DNA of 64,000 nt from Octopus sinensis (taxonomy: Eukaryota), in the NCBI RefSeq assembly GCF_006345805.1, contig NC_043010.1:25544001-25608000 (forward strand), given 5' to 3'. Each line of letters begins with the position of its first letter. The stretch's first letter is position 1. The notes under the pieces were generated by a model. That model saw nothing but the letters and a program-made list of their open reading frames with translations, searched no databases and was not told where the DNA came from. Shown here in pieces: positions 1 to 14,517 of this stretch. The position numbers and the translations under genes were made by a program.

Positions 1-45
<45 letters not shown>

Positions 46-79
46 TGTACTTACATATAATATTATATATATATGACAT

Positions 80-134
<55 letters not shown>

Positions 135-594
135 CATGATTGAATAGCCACTTTTCTGTTGTTCATGCGTCAAACAGAATTTGTTGAGGCAGATTTCTAC
201 ATCAGATGCCTTTCTTTTCTCATCGACCCTAACATATTTCCAAGCCAGGTAATATTACCACCCCACCCTCATGCCCAGACACTTTTATATGGAAGACTGG
301 AAATGATTAACACTGCTTATATAACAGAGACACTCATTTACAAATGTTGCACAGTGTCAAGACAATGTGACACACACACACAAACACATATATAGTATAG
401 TGATCTAGCTTTGCTGTGGAGTGGTTATCTCCCCTGTCAGTATATGAAAATGTGCTTCCTTGTGGCTCTGAGGGTTTTTAACTCTTATTTCTAGCAATAT
501 AGGTGCTACCTGGTACCCTCAGTCATAATTAGTGACAATTGAATTTTTCCTTTTTGGTTTTATATTGCATATAGCTGCCTTCATTATGATATAT

Positions 595-975
595 CACAGG
601 AGTGGCTGTGTGGTAAGTAGCTTGCTTACCAACCACGTGGTTCCGGGTTCAGTCCCACTGTGTGGCACCTTGGGCAAGTCTCTTCTACTATAATCTCGGG
701 CCAACCAAAGCCTTGTGAGTGGATTTGGTAGATGGAAACTGAAAGAAGCCCGTCGTATATATGTATATGTATATGTATATATGTGTGTGTTTGTGTGTCT
801 GTGTTTGTCCTCCAATACTGGTGTGTTTACGTCCCTGTAACTTAGTGGTTTGGCAAAAGAGATCGATAGAATAAGTACTAGGCTTACAAAGATTTGCTCG
901 ATTTGCTTGACTAAAGGTGGTGCTCCAGTATGGCCACAGTCAAATGACTGAAACAGGTAAAAGAGTAAAAGAATA
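595..975 (+). mobile_element. tRNA-derived SINE, family A (octopus-type)
   Basis: Head aggagtggctgtgtggtaagtagcttgcttaccaaccac.tggttccgggttcagtccc (A/B boxes), internal (TA/TG)n, and tail ...cagtcaaatgactgaaacaagtaaaagagtaaaaga. More than 15 copies in the window. Confidence 0.85.
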
Positions 976-1257
976 ATACACAGATGTGTGTGTGTGTGTG
1001 TGTGTGTTTGTATTTAGTGTACCTTTGTCTAAACATTGTGTAATGGTTGTGAGGAAGCATCATCATCATCAGAGGAAGAGCAATGTTGTTCGTTTCCAGT
1101 CTTCCATGAAAAAAAAAAAACATGTCTGGCCATGAGAAAATATTTATTTGCCTGGAAGTAGGTGAGGGTTCACAAGAGGAAGGGCACCCAACCATAGAAA
1201 ATGTGCCCCATCAAATTCTGTCTGATTCATGCAAGCATGGAAAAGTTGATGTTAAAT

Positions 1258-1277
1258 GATGAAGATGATGAGGATGA

Positions 1278-1310
<33 letters not shown>

Positions 1311-1512
1311 CGGTGGCGGCAGTGGCAGCGGTGGCGGCAGTGGTGGCGGTGGGCGGCAGTGGCGGCAGTGGCGGCGGTGGCGGCAGTGGTGATGGTGATA
1401 ATGATGATGGCGGTGATGATGATGATGATGATGGTGTGGTGGTGATGCCGATATGATGATGGTAGTGGTGGTGGTGGCAGTGATACTGATATGATGATGT
1501 TGATGATGATGA
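1258..1512. repeat. Compound triplet repeat (GAT)n-(GGT/GGC)n with a 9-bp ggcggcagt subunit
   Basis: Directly extends the (GAT)n tail of an RTE-tail element ending at about 1260. Confidence 0.85.
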
Positions 1513-3082
1513 TCTCTACAAAAGTGCAAAGAGTGTCAAAATCAGCAGCCATCTCTCATGGCAACGAACCGCATTGCCTTTAAAAAACAAGATTGTAATC
1601 CTAGTTCACAGTCGAGTGGGTTACTAAGTAGGTTTGGAAAAGATGTCCAACTGAATAAACAACGGTTTCCAAACAATATGCAGCAAGATCTAAATTTGCA
1701 AAAGTCGATCCAACTGTGTTAGCGATGGATAAAAAAAAAGCAAAAAAACATACACACACACACACACAAAGCAAAAAAAAACATGCCAAAATAGAAACAA
1801 CAACAAGAACAAGAAAATAATATCTATAATCGACAGTATGAAATATTGGGAAGTATTTAGCTGAATATATGAAATATTCCAGAGGGATTTAGAACTACCA
1901 TAATGCAACCATTTGCCTGTGGGAATTTGGGTGTGTATATGCGTATGTGCATATATGTGTATATGCGTATGTGTGTGTGCATTTGTAAATGTTAAAGCAC
2001 TTCTGGTATATGAAAAAATATAAAGGGAAAAAAGAAAACAGAAGAACGGAAAAGCTATGTGGCCTAAATATTATGGAGTATTTGGTTTTGTTTTTCCGTG
2101 TTGTGAGTTCAAGTCTGGTTATGGTTGACTTAATGAATTATGTAATATACTTAGGTGCATGGTCAAGTGGTTAGGGTGTTGTACTCATGATTGCCAGGTC
2201 ATGGGTTTGATTACTGGAGCAGACAGTGTGTTGTGTTCCTGAGCAAAACACTTCATGTTGCTCCTGTGCTGCATGGAGATTGACATGCCAAGGAATGAAT
2301 GCAACATTTGCTCAACCTCAGTACACAACTGGTACTTAATTTATCGATCCTGAAAGGATGAAAGGCAAAGTTGACTTAGCAGAATTTGAACTCAGAATGT
2401 AAAGAGAGACAAGATATTGCTAAGCATTTCGCCCAGCTTGCTGCCTTAAAAAATTTATTCTTTCAGTCAACCAGGGAGCCTTTATGTTAGACATGGACAA
2501 CCTTTTTCAAGAAGAGGGCCACATGAGACATGGCCCATCATTAGGTGGGCCGCACCAATAAAATAATTGAAGGTAAATTTTTATTAGGTGTGCCATTCTG
2601 AAGGTTGCAGGCTGCTCGTGACTGCTCTATGTATCAAGTGACCATGCTAGAAATAGAAGCTGAATCACCTGCAAATTACATTGCACACCTTCAAAAGAAT
2701 GACACATTAGATAATGTCATCCTAGACACCAGTGATAAGATCAGATATTTACAGCTGATATGTCTCTGATTATAAACCAACTCAATTAGGGTCAACATAG
2801 CACTTAATAACAACAACAAAAACGATATCAACTGCAAACATTTTAAAGAGCATTAAAAAAAAAGTACCCATTGATTTAAATATAAATACTTTACATAAAA
2901 GCAAAATCTTACTTTATTGAGTTCAAGGCCGAAATTTTGTACACCACTCCGAAAACAAGCTTTTCTGTGTTTAGTTTTCTTCCTATACACTATGTCATTA
3001 TTTCCCAGAGTTCATAGCTCACAAATGAGCAGTAACCAGTAAGCAGCCTAAAGCTATTTTATTCTCATCTTTCATTTCTTTC

Positions 3083-3097
3083 ATATATATATATAGA

Positions 3098-3156
<59 letters not shown>

Positions 3157-3631
3157 TATATATTATACATATAAATATATATATATGTAATATATATATG
3201 TAGATATATATACATATAATATATATATATGTACATATAATATATCAACATATATATATATATAGTACATATATATATACATATATATATACATATATAT
3301 ATATACATATATCTATACATTATATATACATATACATATATATATACATATATATATACATATATATACATATACATATATATATACATATATATATATA
3401 TTTACATATATATTACAAACATATATAATACATACATATATATATATATAATACATATAATATATATACATATATATATATATACATTACATATATATAT
3501 ATACATACATATATATATATACATACATATATATATATACATACATATATATATATATACATACATATATATATATATACATACATACATATATATATAT
3601 ACATACATATATATATATATATATACATACA

Positions 3632-3672
<41 letters not shown>

Positions 3673-3705
3673 CTATATATATATATATATATATATATAT
3701 AACAC
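3083..3705. repeat. (TA)n/(TACA)n compound microsatellite, representative of many
   Basis: Similar tracts at 1-130, 16457-16580, 21215-21345, 25582-25695, 39760-39962, 40320-40860, 48700-48915, 55940-56127 and 62340-62655. Also (AAG)n 21704-21748, (ATCT)n 22335-22420, (AGAT)n 23015-23100, and (ATT)n 55660-55830 and 59985-60052. Confidence 0.95.
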
Positions 3706-4251
3706 ATGGTCTCTCAAAATTTGTCCTATATATATATATATTGCTTCATTTGAAGTTTACATTTGAAGTGTACAAATCGTCCAAACCATGCTAGCATGGA
3801 AAGCGGACGTTAAAAGATGATATGTCTCTAGGTACATGTATAGTTGTGTGCTTAAGAAGCTTCCTTCCCAGCCATGTGGTTTTGGGTTCAATCCTAATAT
3901 AAGCTCATGCATGCTACTATATAACTACTTTAGTTCAGGCCAAGCAAAGCCTTGAGAATGGATTTCATAGACAAAATGAAAGATGCCTGCCATAAATATG
4001 TATGGTTGTGTGTAAGCTTATCTAGAAATCACAAAATGGTTGTAAATGAGCATCGTCATCATACAAATAAGACTATTTGTTGTCAGTCTTCTGTGAAAAC
4101 ATGCCTAGCAAAGAGAAGATATTAGCTTGCTTGGAAATAGGTGAGGATTTCCAACAGGAAGAACACCTGGACATAGGAAAACTACCTCAACTAATTCTGT
4201 ATGACCAATGCAAGCACAGAAAAGTGGGTATTAAATGATAATGATACTCTA

Positions 4252-4456
4252 TTTCTTTTAATCTTTTACTTGTTTCAGTCATTTGACTGTGGCCATGCTG
4301 GAGCACTGCCTTTAGTTGAGCAAATAATCGACCCCAGGACTTATTCTTTGTAAGCCTAGTACTTATTCTATTGGTCTCTTTTGCTGAACTGCTAAGTTAC
4401 GGGGATGTAAACACACCAGCAGTGGTTGTCAAGCAAGGTTGGGGGGACAAACATAT

Positions 4457-4501
<45 letters not shown>

Positions 4502-4542
4502 CATACATATATACACATATATATATACATACATATATATAC

Positions 4543-4573
<31 letters not shown>

Positions 4574-4752
4574 TATATATACATATATACAACAGGTTTC
4601 TTTCAGTTTCCGTCTACCAAATCCACTCACAAGGCTTTGGTCGGCCTGAGGCTATAGTAGAAGACACTTGCCCAAGGTGCCACACAGTGAGACTGAACCT
4701 GGAACCATGTAGTTGGTAAGCAAGCTACTTACCACACAGCCACTCCTGTGCC
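4252..4752 (-). mobile_element. tRNA-derived SINE, family A
   Basis: Full-length reverse-complement copy of 595-975. Confidence 0.85.
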
Positions 4753-7700
4753 TATAAATCATACTATAGTCTTCTTCAGCTTTCATTCTCCATTTTCCCT
4801 TGCAGTTTATTTAGACACACACTGTCACTCCATCGGTTACGTTGAGGGTTTCAGTTGATCTGATCGACCAAAACAGACTGGGCATGAAATTAATGTACCC
4901 CGCTGACACGTGTACTCTGAATGTAAATCTCAGGAAGACTCAGTGTGATGCAGAATGTGACATGGTTACAGATACTAACTATTTTTGCTAGTTGAATGGA
5001 CTGGAGTAACATGAAATGAAGTGTCTTGCTCAAGGATGCAATGTGCCACTGGGAATCAAATTCACAAAGCCCTAAGCACATGCATATGTTGCTTAATGGT
5101 TAATCCAGTGCTGTTCACATCCCAACGTGAGAGAAGACCAAATTAAACTGTGTAGTTCTAGATACACTGTGGCAAACAATTGATAAATAAATAAATAGAA
5201 ATATAAAAGGCAAGGTAACAATTGGAGAACCTTTGATCATAATCTATGATTCATAGCAGATCCTATGATCCTATGATTCATAGGTTTACTCAACTCAATT
5301 GGAGCTAACCTGTTGCTAAAGGGGAAAGAAAAACAAATTATGAGCCACAGAGGAAGCCTGTATGTGGTTTACTCAACATGCAAGAGATGACTACCAGATC
5401 TCACTCAAATGGTTCTTTACGACCTTAAAAAAAAAAATGGAACGACTCATGAGTTAATGTAGTCCTAGATAACCCTAGATTACTGCAATGGGCAGTAAAC
5501 AGAAATAAAACAAAATTTTTTAAAGTGATTAAATGAATTAATTAGAAGATACAGGCAAAACTGTGTCGTTAAGACATTCACTTTCCAATCATTTGTTTTC
5601 AGGATCAATCCAACTGAACAGCACTGTTGGCAAATGTCTTGGCAAGCAGAAGCTGTCTAAAGTCTGACTGTTTACCTGTCTGTCTGTCAGTCAGTCTGAC
5701 TGTCTGTATAGGCATGTGTGTGTGTGTGTGTGCATGCGTGTGTGTTGTGCATGTGTATGTTTGTGAGTGTGTTTGTATGCGTGCATGCATGTGTGTTTGT
5801 GTGTGTGTTTGTGCATGTGTGTGCATGCATGTGCATGTATGCATGTGTGTTTGTGCCTGTGTGTGTATGTTTATGTGTGAGTGTGTGTGTTTATGTGTGT
5901 GTGTGTGTGTGTTTATATAAATACATAAAAACATATATAAAAATAATGCAGTGAAGGCACGTAACCTGGAGGTTAAGGTGTTGCACTTACGATTGCTAGA
6001 TTGTGGGTTTGATTCCCAGACCAGGCAGCAAGCTGTGTTCTTGAGCAAAACACTTCACTTCAACATGCTCCAGTCCACTCAACTGCATATGGGAGGACCC
6101 TGTGACAAAATAGGAGGTGGGGAATGTTGGCCTGCTTACCTAGCCAGTGGGGTAGCATCATTTGAAGGCTAAAACAATGCAAAGCACATTGTGACCAGTG
6201 ATGTATAACAGCATCTGATAGTCTGGTCGATATCATGATACCATAATATAAAAATACAACCACTGTCTTACCAATATTGAGTGTGCCACTTCCTTGTGCT
6301 GTAGACAGTAGGTTTTATATATATGAAGATACATATTTTATTAAAAATACTGGCTGTTCTATTAATGATAGAAAACAATGCAAGTAGTTGAGTATTCCAC
6401 AGACATTAGTACCCTTAATGTAGTTCTCAGAGAGATTCTGCATGACACAGAATGCAATGAAGCTGGTCCTTGAATTACAAGGTACAACTCATTTTTGCCA
6501 GCTGAGTTGACTGGAGCAACGTGAAATAAAGTGTCTTGCTCAAGGACACAATGCATCACCTGGAATTGAACTCATGAACTTACAATTGTGAGCTGAATAC
6601 CCTCTAACCGCTAAACCATACACCTTCAGTCAGTAGCTAAGCAATCCAGAAACACATGTATCCTAAATCCTCTAACATTCAGTTTTCTCTGTCAAATATT
6701 AGGCATATTTATTGACATTGATTTGTATTGGACATGCATTACCAGATTTCAATGACGTGGTCGTTTGTTTTTAGGTTAATATTTTAGGGAAAGCATGGCA
6801 GGCAAAATCTAGCCAGTTTGAAGATAAAACAAGTAGAATTTTTTGGTCAGATATGGCTTAGTTAGCATTGCACAGTGTCTGACAATGCTGTACCTTTTGA
6901 GTTCCAGGTACAATCCCCTGATGGGTTTCTTTTCAGTTTCTGTTTACCCACTTTCACCCACAAGGAATAAATCAATCAAAAGTTATAGAAAATAACATTT
7001 GTCTAAGATGGTGTGCTGTGGGATTGAACCTAGAATTTCATGGCTGTAAAGAAAGCTTCTTAACCATTCAGTCAAACTGTGACTACTTGTTTGCTTTAGA
7101 TTTGCAATAAATTGATATCAACATCAATAATGGGACATGATATTTGGAGCAATTTATGAAAAACTATTTGTGGTTGGTTGCCATAAAAAAAAAAGCAGCT
7201 GTTGAAGTTAGAGTTGTTAAGCTATACATTTTGGTTTGGATGCTTCTTTTGATTGACAAGGTGGAATGATATGAGAAATATAAATAAAAAAAAAAATGGA
7301 ACAACTATCAGTGTAGGAATGTGGTTCTCTAAAAAACATAGTTCAGATGTGTTTAGTGTGAGAGCAATATGTTTAGGGTGGAGAGATTAATTGGTGTCAA
7401 AACAGTTTTTGTTAATTAAGATATGAAGAAATAACAAATAAACAAATAAGTATGGAAGGTTGTAACAAGGAACTATGCATAAATCTTTAGCGAATGTGAG
7501 ACAAATTTAAAGATTTAAAAAAGAAGTGGAGATAACAGATTTGCTAATCAACATCATCATTATTTTAACCCCCATTTTTTAATGCTTAAACAGCTTTCAT
7601 TAAAGCAGATTTTCTACAGCTGGATACATTTCCTGTCACCAAGCAACTCACTCGTGTCCAAGCAACATGACCAGATATGTTTTTGAAGAATCTATCTAAA

Positions 7701-10546
7701 TATAGATATATATATATATATATATATGATAGACTCCTTTCATCTACTAAATCTACTCGCAAAGGCTTTAGTTGGCCTAAGGCTATAGTAGAAGACACTT
7801 GCCCAAGGTGTCATGCAGTGGAACTGAACCTGAAACCATGTGGCTGGGAAACAATCCTCTCAACAACAACAACCACTCAGCCATACCTGCCAATATTTTA
7901 TGTAAAAATTACTGATGGGCATAAAATGTTTCAAAATTGCATAAAATCTCACAAAGACAAACCAGAGAGAGAGATTGGAGCAAAAAGATATGAATACTTG
8001 GGTCACTCTTGGGACAATGGAAAGAAAACAAAAATCAAAAAACAATGCTTACCACACAAGTGTCACTATGACAGACTGTCGGACAAAAGATCAACAAAGT
8101 GACAGCTGTAGAGATTAAAGTGTTGATTAAACATAGTAATTGAGGCTACGAAACAAGGAAGTTTGTAGGATTCTTAGAGATAAGGTCAGTTGATTGGTCT
8201 AATGTGATCATATGCTTAGCTAATCGTATTCTGTTTGTATATGACTTGTTTCTCCATTCTATGGAAACAATCCAGAATTGAAAGGATTATAAAAATATAC
8301 GAATCTAAAGTTTTTGTTATGTTGATATGAGACTATATATGAGGCATTAAAAAGCTGAAGTAAAATAAGACTATATTAGTTGAAGACTAACACTGTTCTT
8401 TTGATTTATTTCCAGCAATTTCAAGAGACAACAGACATGGCTGCATGTTTAAGAAGTTTTGCTTACCAAATGGTTTCAGGTTGAGTCCCATGGCTTGATT
8501 TTGTGGGGTAAACCCCAGGCTGACCAAAGCCTTGTGAGTAGATTTGGAAGATGGAAACTGAAAGAAGCCCATTATATATTTTTTATAAATGCATGTACAT
8601 AGTGTGTGTGTGTGTGTGTGTGTTAAGTGTGAGTCTAGTATCATTGTATCGTCCTGTCTTGACATCATATGATAGTTGTAAATGGTTGTCACTGTCATAT
8701 ATTTAATTCCTCCTTTCCAGCGGAAGGGAGGGGCATAAAGGTGGAGAGTTTGAAGAATTGCTAGCACGTCATACGAAAATGCTTAGCAGTATTTTGTCTA
8801 TCTTTACATTCTGAGTTCAAATTTTGCTGAGCTCCACTTTGTCTTTTATCCCTTTCAGAATCAATAAAATAGATACTAGCTGACTACTGGGGTCAATGTG
8901 TTTGAGTTATCCCTCCTTTGAACTTGCTAGCCTTGTACCAAAATTTGAAATCAATATTATGTGGATACATAAGTTAGTGGGTTGGTAGAACCATTAGCAT
9001 GTCATGCAAAAGTGCTCAGCGGCATTTTGTTCATCTTTACATTCTGTGTTCAAATTCTGCCAAGGTCGTTTTTGTCTTTCATCTTTTCAGGGTCGATAAA
9101 ATGAGTACCAGTTGCGTACTGGGGTCAATGCAATTATCAATCCCCTCCCCAAAACTTGCTGGCCTTGTGCCAAAATTTAAAACCAGTATTACGTGAAATC
9201 ATGTCTGGCTTTGATGAAATATTGTCTTGCTTGGAAACAGGTGAAGGTTGGTGACAGGAAGGGCATCCAGCTGTAGAAAATATGTCACAATGAACTCTGT
9301 TGACTCCATGAAACCTTGGCCATGTGAATATCAAAACAAAGATGATGATGAATACTGGACACGCTTCTGCTTGTGAAGCATCACCATAAATTGTTTAAAT
9401 GGTAGCAAGCAAACTCCCAAATAAATATATGGAAATATTTAATTACCAGCATTAAAAAAACTTATTACACTCCTGCCCTTAATGCAGAAGTTTAGGCACC
9501 TTTTATTTTATGTTGTTTGACATCTTATAACCCACAACTTATGAGTATGTTGCATGGAATTCAAAAGAAGGCAACAATATCAATCTCCCCACTTCACCAA
9601 AAGTCAACCATATGAAAATGGCCATTGAAAAGGTGATGATGCTAGTGCTGCCCCAGCATGGCTACAGCCTTTGGGCTGAAACACATAAAAAGAATAAAGT
9701 CTGTGTGTCTGTGTGTGTGTGTGTGAAAGAAGGAGAGAGAGACAGAGACAGAGACAGAAATAGATGCATATACACACATATGTATATGTGTGTATGTATG
9801 TATATACATATATATATGTATATGTGTGTGTGTATGTGTAGTTATACATATATATATATACATCTCTTTCTCTCTTCCTAGCTATCTATCTATTTATATA
9901 TATATATATATTTATTTATCTATTTATTTATTTATATACATAAACACACACGCGCGCGTATATATACAGGCTTATACACATCAATTAAAAGTCAATGTGT
10001 ATCAATTAAAAATATGCATACAAAAAAAAGAGAGGCAAGTTAAGAAAAAAAATTAGCTTGGAGAAATCTACAGAACCACATGGTTGTTGGCTGCTTTGGA
10101 CGGCTGTAATTGGGAAGTCACTGAATCGTACAGAAAACTAGTGCCCAAGGAAAATTAAGTATTGTATGCAAGGTGACTTCATATGTTGAATTACATTGTG
10201 TAAGTAATTTTCATCCTTACCAAAATTAAATTCACACACTGTATGACATCTACCGTTTTAATGCTGAGTGAAATGTAGAATAAATTTGCACATACACACA
10301 CATGCATCATCATTTTTAATGTTCACTTTTTCATGCTTGAATGAATCAGATGGAATTTGTTGAGGCAGATATTCTATTGCCTGATGCCCTTACCGTTACC
10401 AATCATGACCTGTTTTCAAGCAAGGTAATGGCTTGAAATTTTTTTCATAAGTCACACAACCAAAAAGTGTATAAACAAAACATGTACACAAAGTGTGTAA
10501 CACTGGTGACGCTTGCATTATTAGAACCACTTTTAATTTAAAATTT

Positions 10547-10835
10547 AACAGGCGTGGTTTCTGTTAATAAGTTTGCTTCCAAACCATATGGCTCTGGGTT
10601 CAGTCCTACTTCATGCCACCCTGGTCAAGTGTCTTCTACTTTAGCCTTGGGCTGGCTAAAGCCTTATGAGTGACTTTGGTAGATAGAAACTGAAAGAAAC
10701 CTGTCATGTGTGTGTATGTGTGTATGTGTGTGTGTGTGTGTGTGTGCGTGTGCGTGTATTGGGATTAATCTGTTCCATTAAAATTCTTTAAGGCAGTGCT
10801 CCAGCATGACCATGACCACAGTCTGATGACTGAAA
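10547..10835 (+). mobile_element. tRNA-derived SINE, family A (diverged)
   Basis: Head, core and tail are alignable to the other copies. Confidence 0.7.
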
Positions 10836-11524
10836 CAAGTAAAAGACATATACAAATCTATGCTTGCATGGCGCCAAGACAAAGATACCCACAAAAGCAT
10901 ACATATAAACATAGGGTGCGTCAACTATTTGAGAACAAAACTTTTAAGGACCATAAGTGGCCAAACTTTAAATATCCTCTTTTTTTTTAGCCCCAACATG
11001 GAAGCTTCAAATCTTACAGAAACACTGTAAAGGCATTCAATTCTTGTTACTTTAACAAGTAATTCTGAGATTGCAACCCCTTTGATTATTACCAGGTCTT
11101 TCATATTTATGATCAGAAAAGAGCTTCTGGCTTCTGCTGAGAATGTGTGTTCTGGATTAACCATTAAGCAAAATATGCATGTGCTTAAGGCATCAAAGGA
11201 AGCAGAGGCACCTCAGAAATGGTAAATGGTTTGCAGCCCAAAAGAAATCATTTTAAACTTGCTAAAATAATATTCAAAGTGGTTTATATGATTGGAAATA
11301 TAATTTTGAAGTGTTCATGGCATCATAGCAAGGATCTAATCAAAGACTTTGCAATTAAAAAAGTAGGAGAAAACTTTTTAAATATAAATAAAATGGAAGT
11401 ATTTTGAAAAATAAAAATTTATTTTATGGTTTATTATTGTTTATATTTTGAGTTACATATATATGGGGCACCAAAATCTTTTATGTACTTTGGGCCTCTA
11501 CAGGTCATAATCCAGTCCTGGTTC

Positions 11525-12240
11525 TGTGACAAAAACAAAAAAGCATTCTTAAGGTCAGACAGTGTCAGAAAAGTTGAGTTTGTCCAGCATGTCCAGGGCA
11601 TCATCAGAGAGAATTATGGTAAGTCTTGAGGGTCATTGTCAATCATCTCCATGTGTTGGAGCCAATAATTAAACTTGTGCTGCATAAAACATCAGGTATA
11701 AATCCTGTGTTATGAGAAGAGGGCAGTTCACATCCAATAAGAATTGGAAGAACCATGTGACCTGGTTGAAGCACTTGCAGGACAAATTTAAACATTCTGA
11801 GGAACCCAACACACTCAGATTCTTCTCAAATGAGAACAACTTTGTCCAAAATCAAACATTGAACAGGAAGAATGACAGATGGTTCTGTGCCAGCCCTACT
11901 GAAGTGTTATGTACACCAAGTTCCCGTCGTCTGTGATGGCTTGGAGGTCAAGGACAATGAAGTCCATGTTATTCTTCTTCACTCCCCCACCCAGGCTTTT
12001 AAGGTCGATGCTGTAGCCTACATCAAGATAACGGAGATGGTTGTCAAGCCCTGGACCAAGAGAGTTGCTATGGGGAGGCTGTACGTGTTCCACCAAGACT
12101 CTGCTCCCTCTCAAACAGCCTACATGACCCAGGAGTGATTGATCAAAAATTTTTATGATCATGTTGCTCCTAACATTTGGCCTCTTGATTTAAACCCACT
12201 GGACTCCTACATCAGTGACATCATTAAGAGGGAAGCCCCA
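11525..12240 (+). mobile_element. Degenerate Tc1/mariner transposase of the DD37D (maT) type
   Basis: Frameshifted fragments LRFFSNENNFVQNQTLNRKNDRW, VDAVAYIKITEMVVKPWTKRVAMGRLYVFHQDSAP and NFYDHVAPNIWP-LDLNPLD. These correspond to FFSDEK...NRQNDRW, KPW...GRPYVWQQDSAP and WPPNSPDLNPLD. The D-to-D spacing is 34 as is and 37 if the missing PNS is restored. Confidence 0.8.
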
Positions 12241-13860
12241 AAGCAAAGCCCTTTCCTCTAAACCAAACTAAAAAAAAATTTTAATATTTTAAACCTGAAA
12301 GTCAACATTACATTTTGCATAACACTCTACCAATTATGCCAGTCCACAACTCTTTCTGGCAATTCACCGCCCTTATAATAACAACAACAATAATGATAAA
12401 CAGAACTAGATTAATGTAAAATAGCATAAAGATAATATGAGAGGGATTATGTGTAGATTATCTTCTGAAGTCTTGATAATCAGTTTTATTTATATGTTAA
12501 CACCTATGCTTGTTATAAAGTCAGTAAAATCATTCAGCTAAGAAGATTTACATGTCTGCCCTACTCCACTCCCTTCACCAAAATAATGATGATAATCTTT
12601 TCTACTCCAGGCACAAGGCCTAGAATTTGTGGGGAGGCAGGTAGTCAATTACATCGACCCCTGTACTTGACTGGTACTTATTTTATTGACCCCAAAAGAA
12701 TGAAAAGCAAAGACGACCTTGGTGGAATTTGAATTCAGAATGCAAAGCCAAGAGAAATGCTGTAAGCATTTTGTCCAATGTACTAATGATTCTGCTAGCA
12801 TGCTGATTTAGTAGTAGTAGTAGTAGTAGTAGTAAAAGAAGAACTCACAAGTTAAAGCCAGATGTTAGCAACTGGATGAGTTGATTGGGGCAGTGAACTA
12901 CTTATCAAAAGTTTCAGGGTTCATATCCCATCATTGGCTCTATGATATGTCACAGGGGAAACAGTCAAAGATGTAAAACTCAACTGTCTCTGCGTCTTGT
13001 CATCTTAACCTAAAAGAAGGACACCATCTGAAATGTTAGACCATCCACTCCACTGCTCATGGCAATTTCCACCACAGTATTTCTGTTGACTTTCCCACAT
13101 AACACAAGTCGTTCCGACACAGACGACCACCATCAATTTCCTTGGCCTCTGTTTTACAAGACTCTTATATCTTGTTAAGTACTTTGTATAAGCTTTAAGT
13201 GCCATTGCACAACCCCAGGACAGTCTTAACCAAACAGTCCTATAATGGAAGGATTTCCGGCCATGATCATTGTGTCTTTTACCAGAGAAAATATATCTAA
13301 ACAAACCAAATTTAATTCTAGGACAGAAAGAGGTGATTTGAATGTGATTCTGCTGTTATTTCTATCAGGTTAAGTGACCATGTAGTCAAGCATGGGTAAC
13401 TTTTATCAAGAAGTGAGTTGCATGAGCCATGGTTCATCACAGGTGTATGAAAAAAATTCAAGGTAATCTTTCGTTAGGCATACCATTCAGAATGTCCCAT
13501 GGGCCTCAGTTTGCTCGTGTCTGATGTTGATGTTCCATATCACATGGGCATTGGAATTAATCCATTGTCTAGTTTAATCATTGTTTGGTCCCTTGATACT
13601 AAAAGCATCAAAGGACCAGACAATGGTTCCTTGATGCTGGCTTTCCAAAAGGGGTCATGAAAATAGTTCTTCTTCTTTGAAGAGCTGAATCATGCAAAAA
13701 TGTCTTTTATACACTGCAAGAATTGTTTGATGTGCTGAGTCCAAAGCATCTGTGTTATTTGGTAAAACAATGGGGCCCTCAACAAGCAGCTAAATTGTTC
13801 TCGATGAAATATATTAAAGGGATGTCCTCAGTAAGTGGTGCAACTGTGAGTGGACAAAAG

Positions 13861-14305
13861 CAGTGGCATAGCTAGGGTAAACCGTGCCTGGGGCAAGCCA
13901 CAAAAATGAACCACCCCCACTACCAATTACAAAATCCATGATATTATATAGTACTTATTTATTACAAGTAATTAATGTTTTAAAGGAATATTTTTGGAAT
14001 AAATACTTTACCAGGATTCATTTACCTGCCAGTTCGGTACAGCCTGTAATTCAAAATATATATTTTGCAAGTTTATTTTTATGAAGCCTTTTTTTGCTGC
14101 CCTTTATAAAAATGTCCAGTCATAAATGTAGACAGCCATCATATTGCGTTTATCTTCAATAACAGCATAAAACAATATGCTGGAGATCCATCTTTACCAT
14201 TGCAATTTTATAAATGCTTATTGTATTATGGTCAATTCTGTGCCCCGCTTCAATTGGCACCCAGAGCACGTTCCCCCCTTGCCCCTCCCCCCAGTTACGC
14301 TACTG
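13861..14305. mobile_element. hAT-type MITE
   Basis: TIRs CAGTGGCATAGCT / AGTTACGCTACTG; 8-bp TSD gacaaaag / gacaaatg (7 of 8 identical). Confidence 0.7.
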
Positions 14306-14349
14306 GACAAATGAAAGAAAGTGGCACTCAACTCATTTGGTAGGACTTA

Positions 14350-14517
14350 CATGTATTTTTTTTAATAATAGTTTGACTCAGCTCCATATGACTCAAAAGT
14401 CTTTAGGTGTGTAGGACACGCCCGTCTCATCCGTCTCACGAGGTGGACGTGTCCAAACACACCTATGAAAATTTGAGTCATATAATACTGAGTCAAGCTA
14501 TCATTAAAATATACATG
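14350..14517. repeat. Imperfect palindrome of about 170 bp (fold-back MITE-like)
   Basis: Arms of about 75 bp, catgtatt..taataatagtttgactcag...ggacacgcc and ggacgtgtcc...ctgagtcaagctatcatta..tacatg, with a loop of about 20 nt. Confidence 0.75.

Noticed and set aside
595-670. tRNA-like A/B-box sequences as tRNA genes
   Set aside because: They lack a complete cloverleaf and continue into SINE bodies; these are SINE heads.
1201-1552. Poly-D/G, poly-P/S and poly-H ORFs resembling low-complexity proteins
   Set aside because: They derive from expansion of the (GAT)n tail of an RTE-type element; all frames are open because of the triplet repeat.
3081-3707. Many 60-190 aa ORFs rich in Y/I, H/T or C/V here and throughout the window
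   Set aside because: They are translations of (TA)n, (CA)n and (TG)n microsatellites, open only because these repeats lack stop codons.
12990-13850. Coding-like fossil including the 99-aa ORF 13005..13304; faint resemblance to a Ty3/Gypsy integrase (DAFS-K-P, NDHG)
   Set aside because: The motifs are too degraded and spread over several frames to assign by eye; BLASTx is needed.
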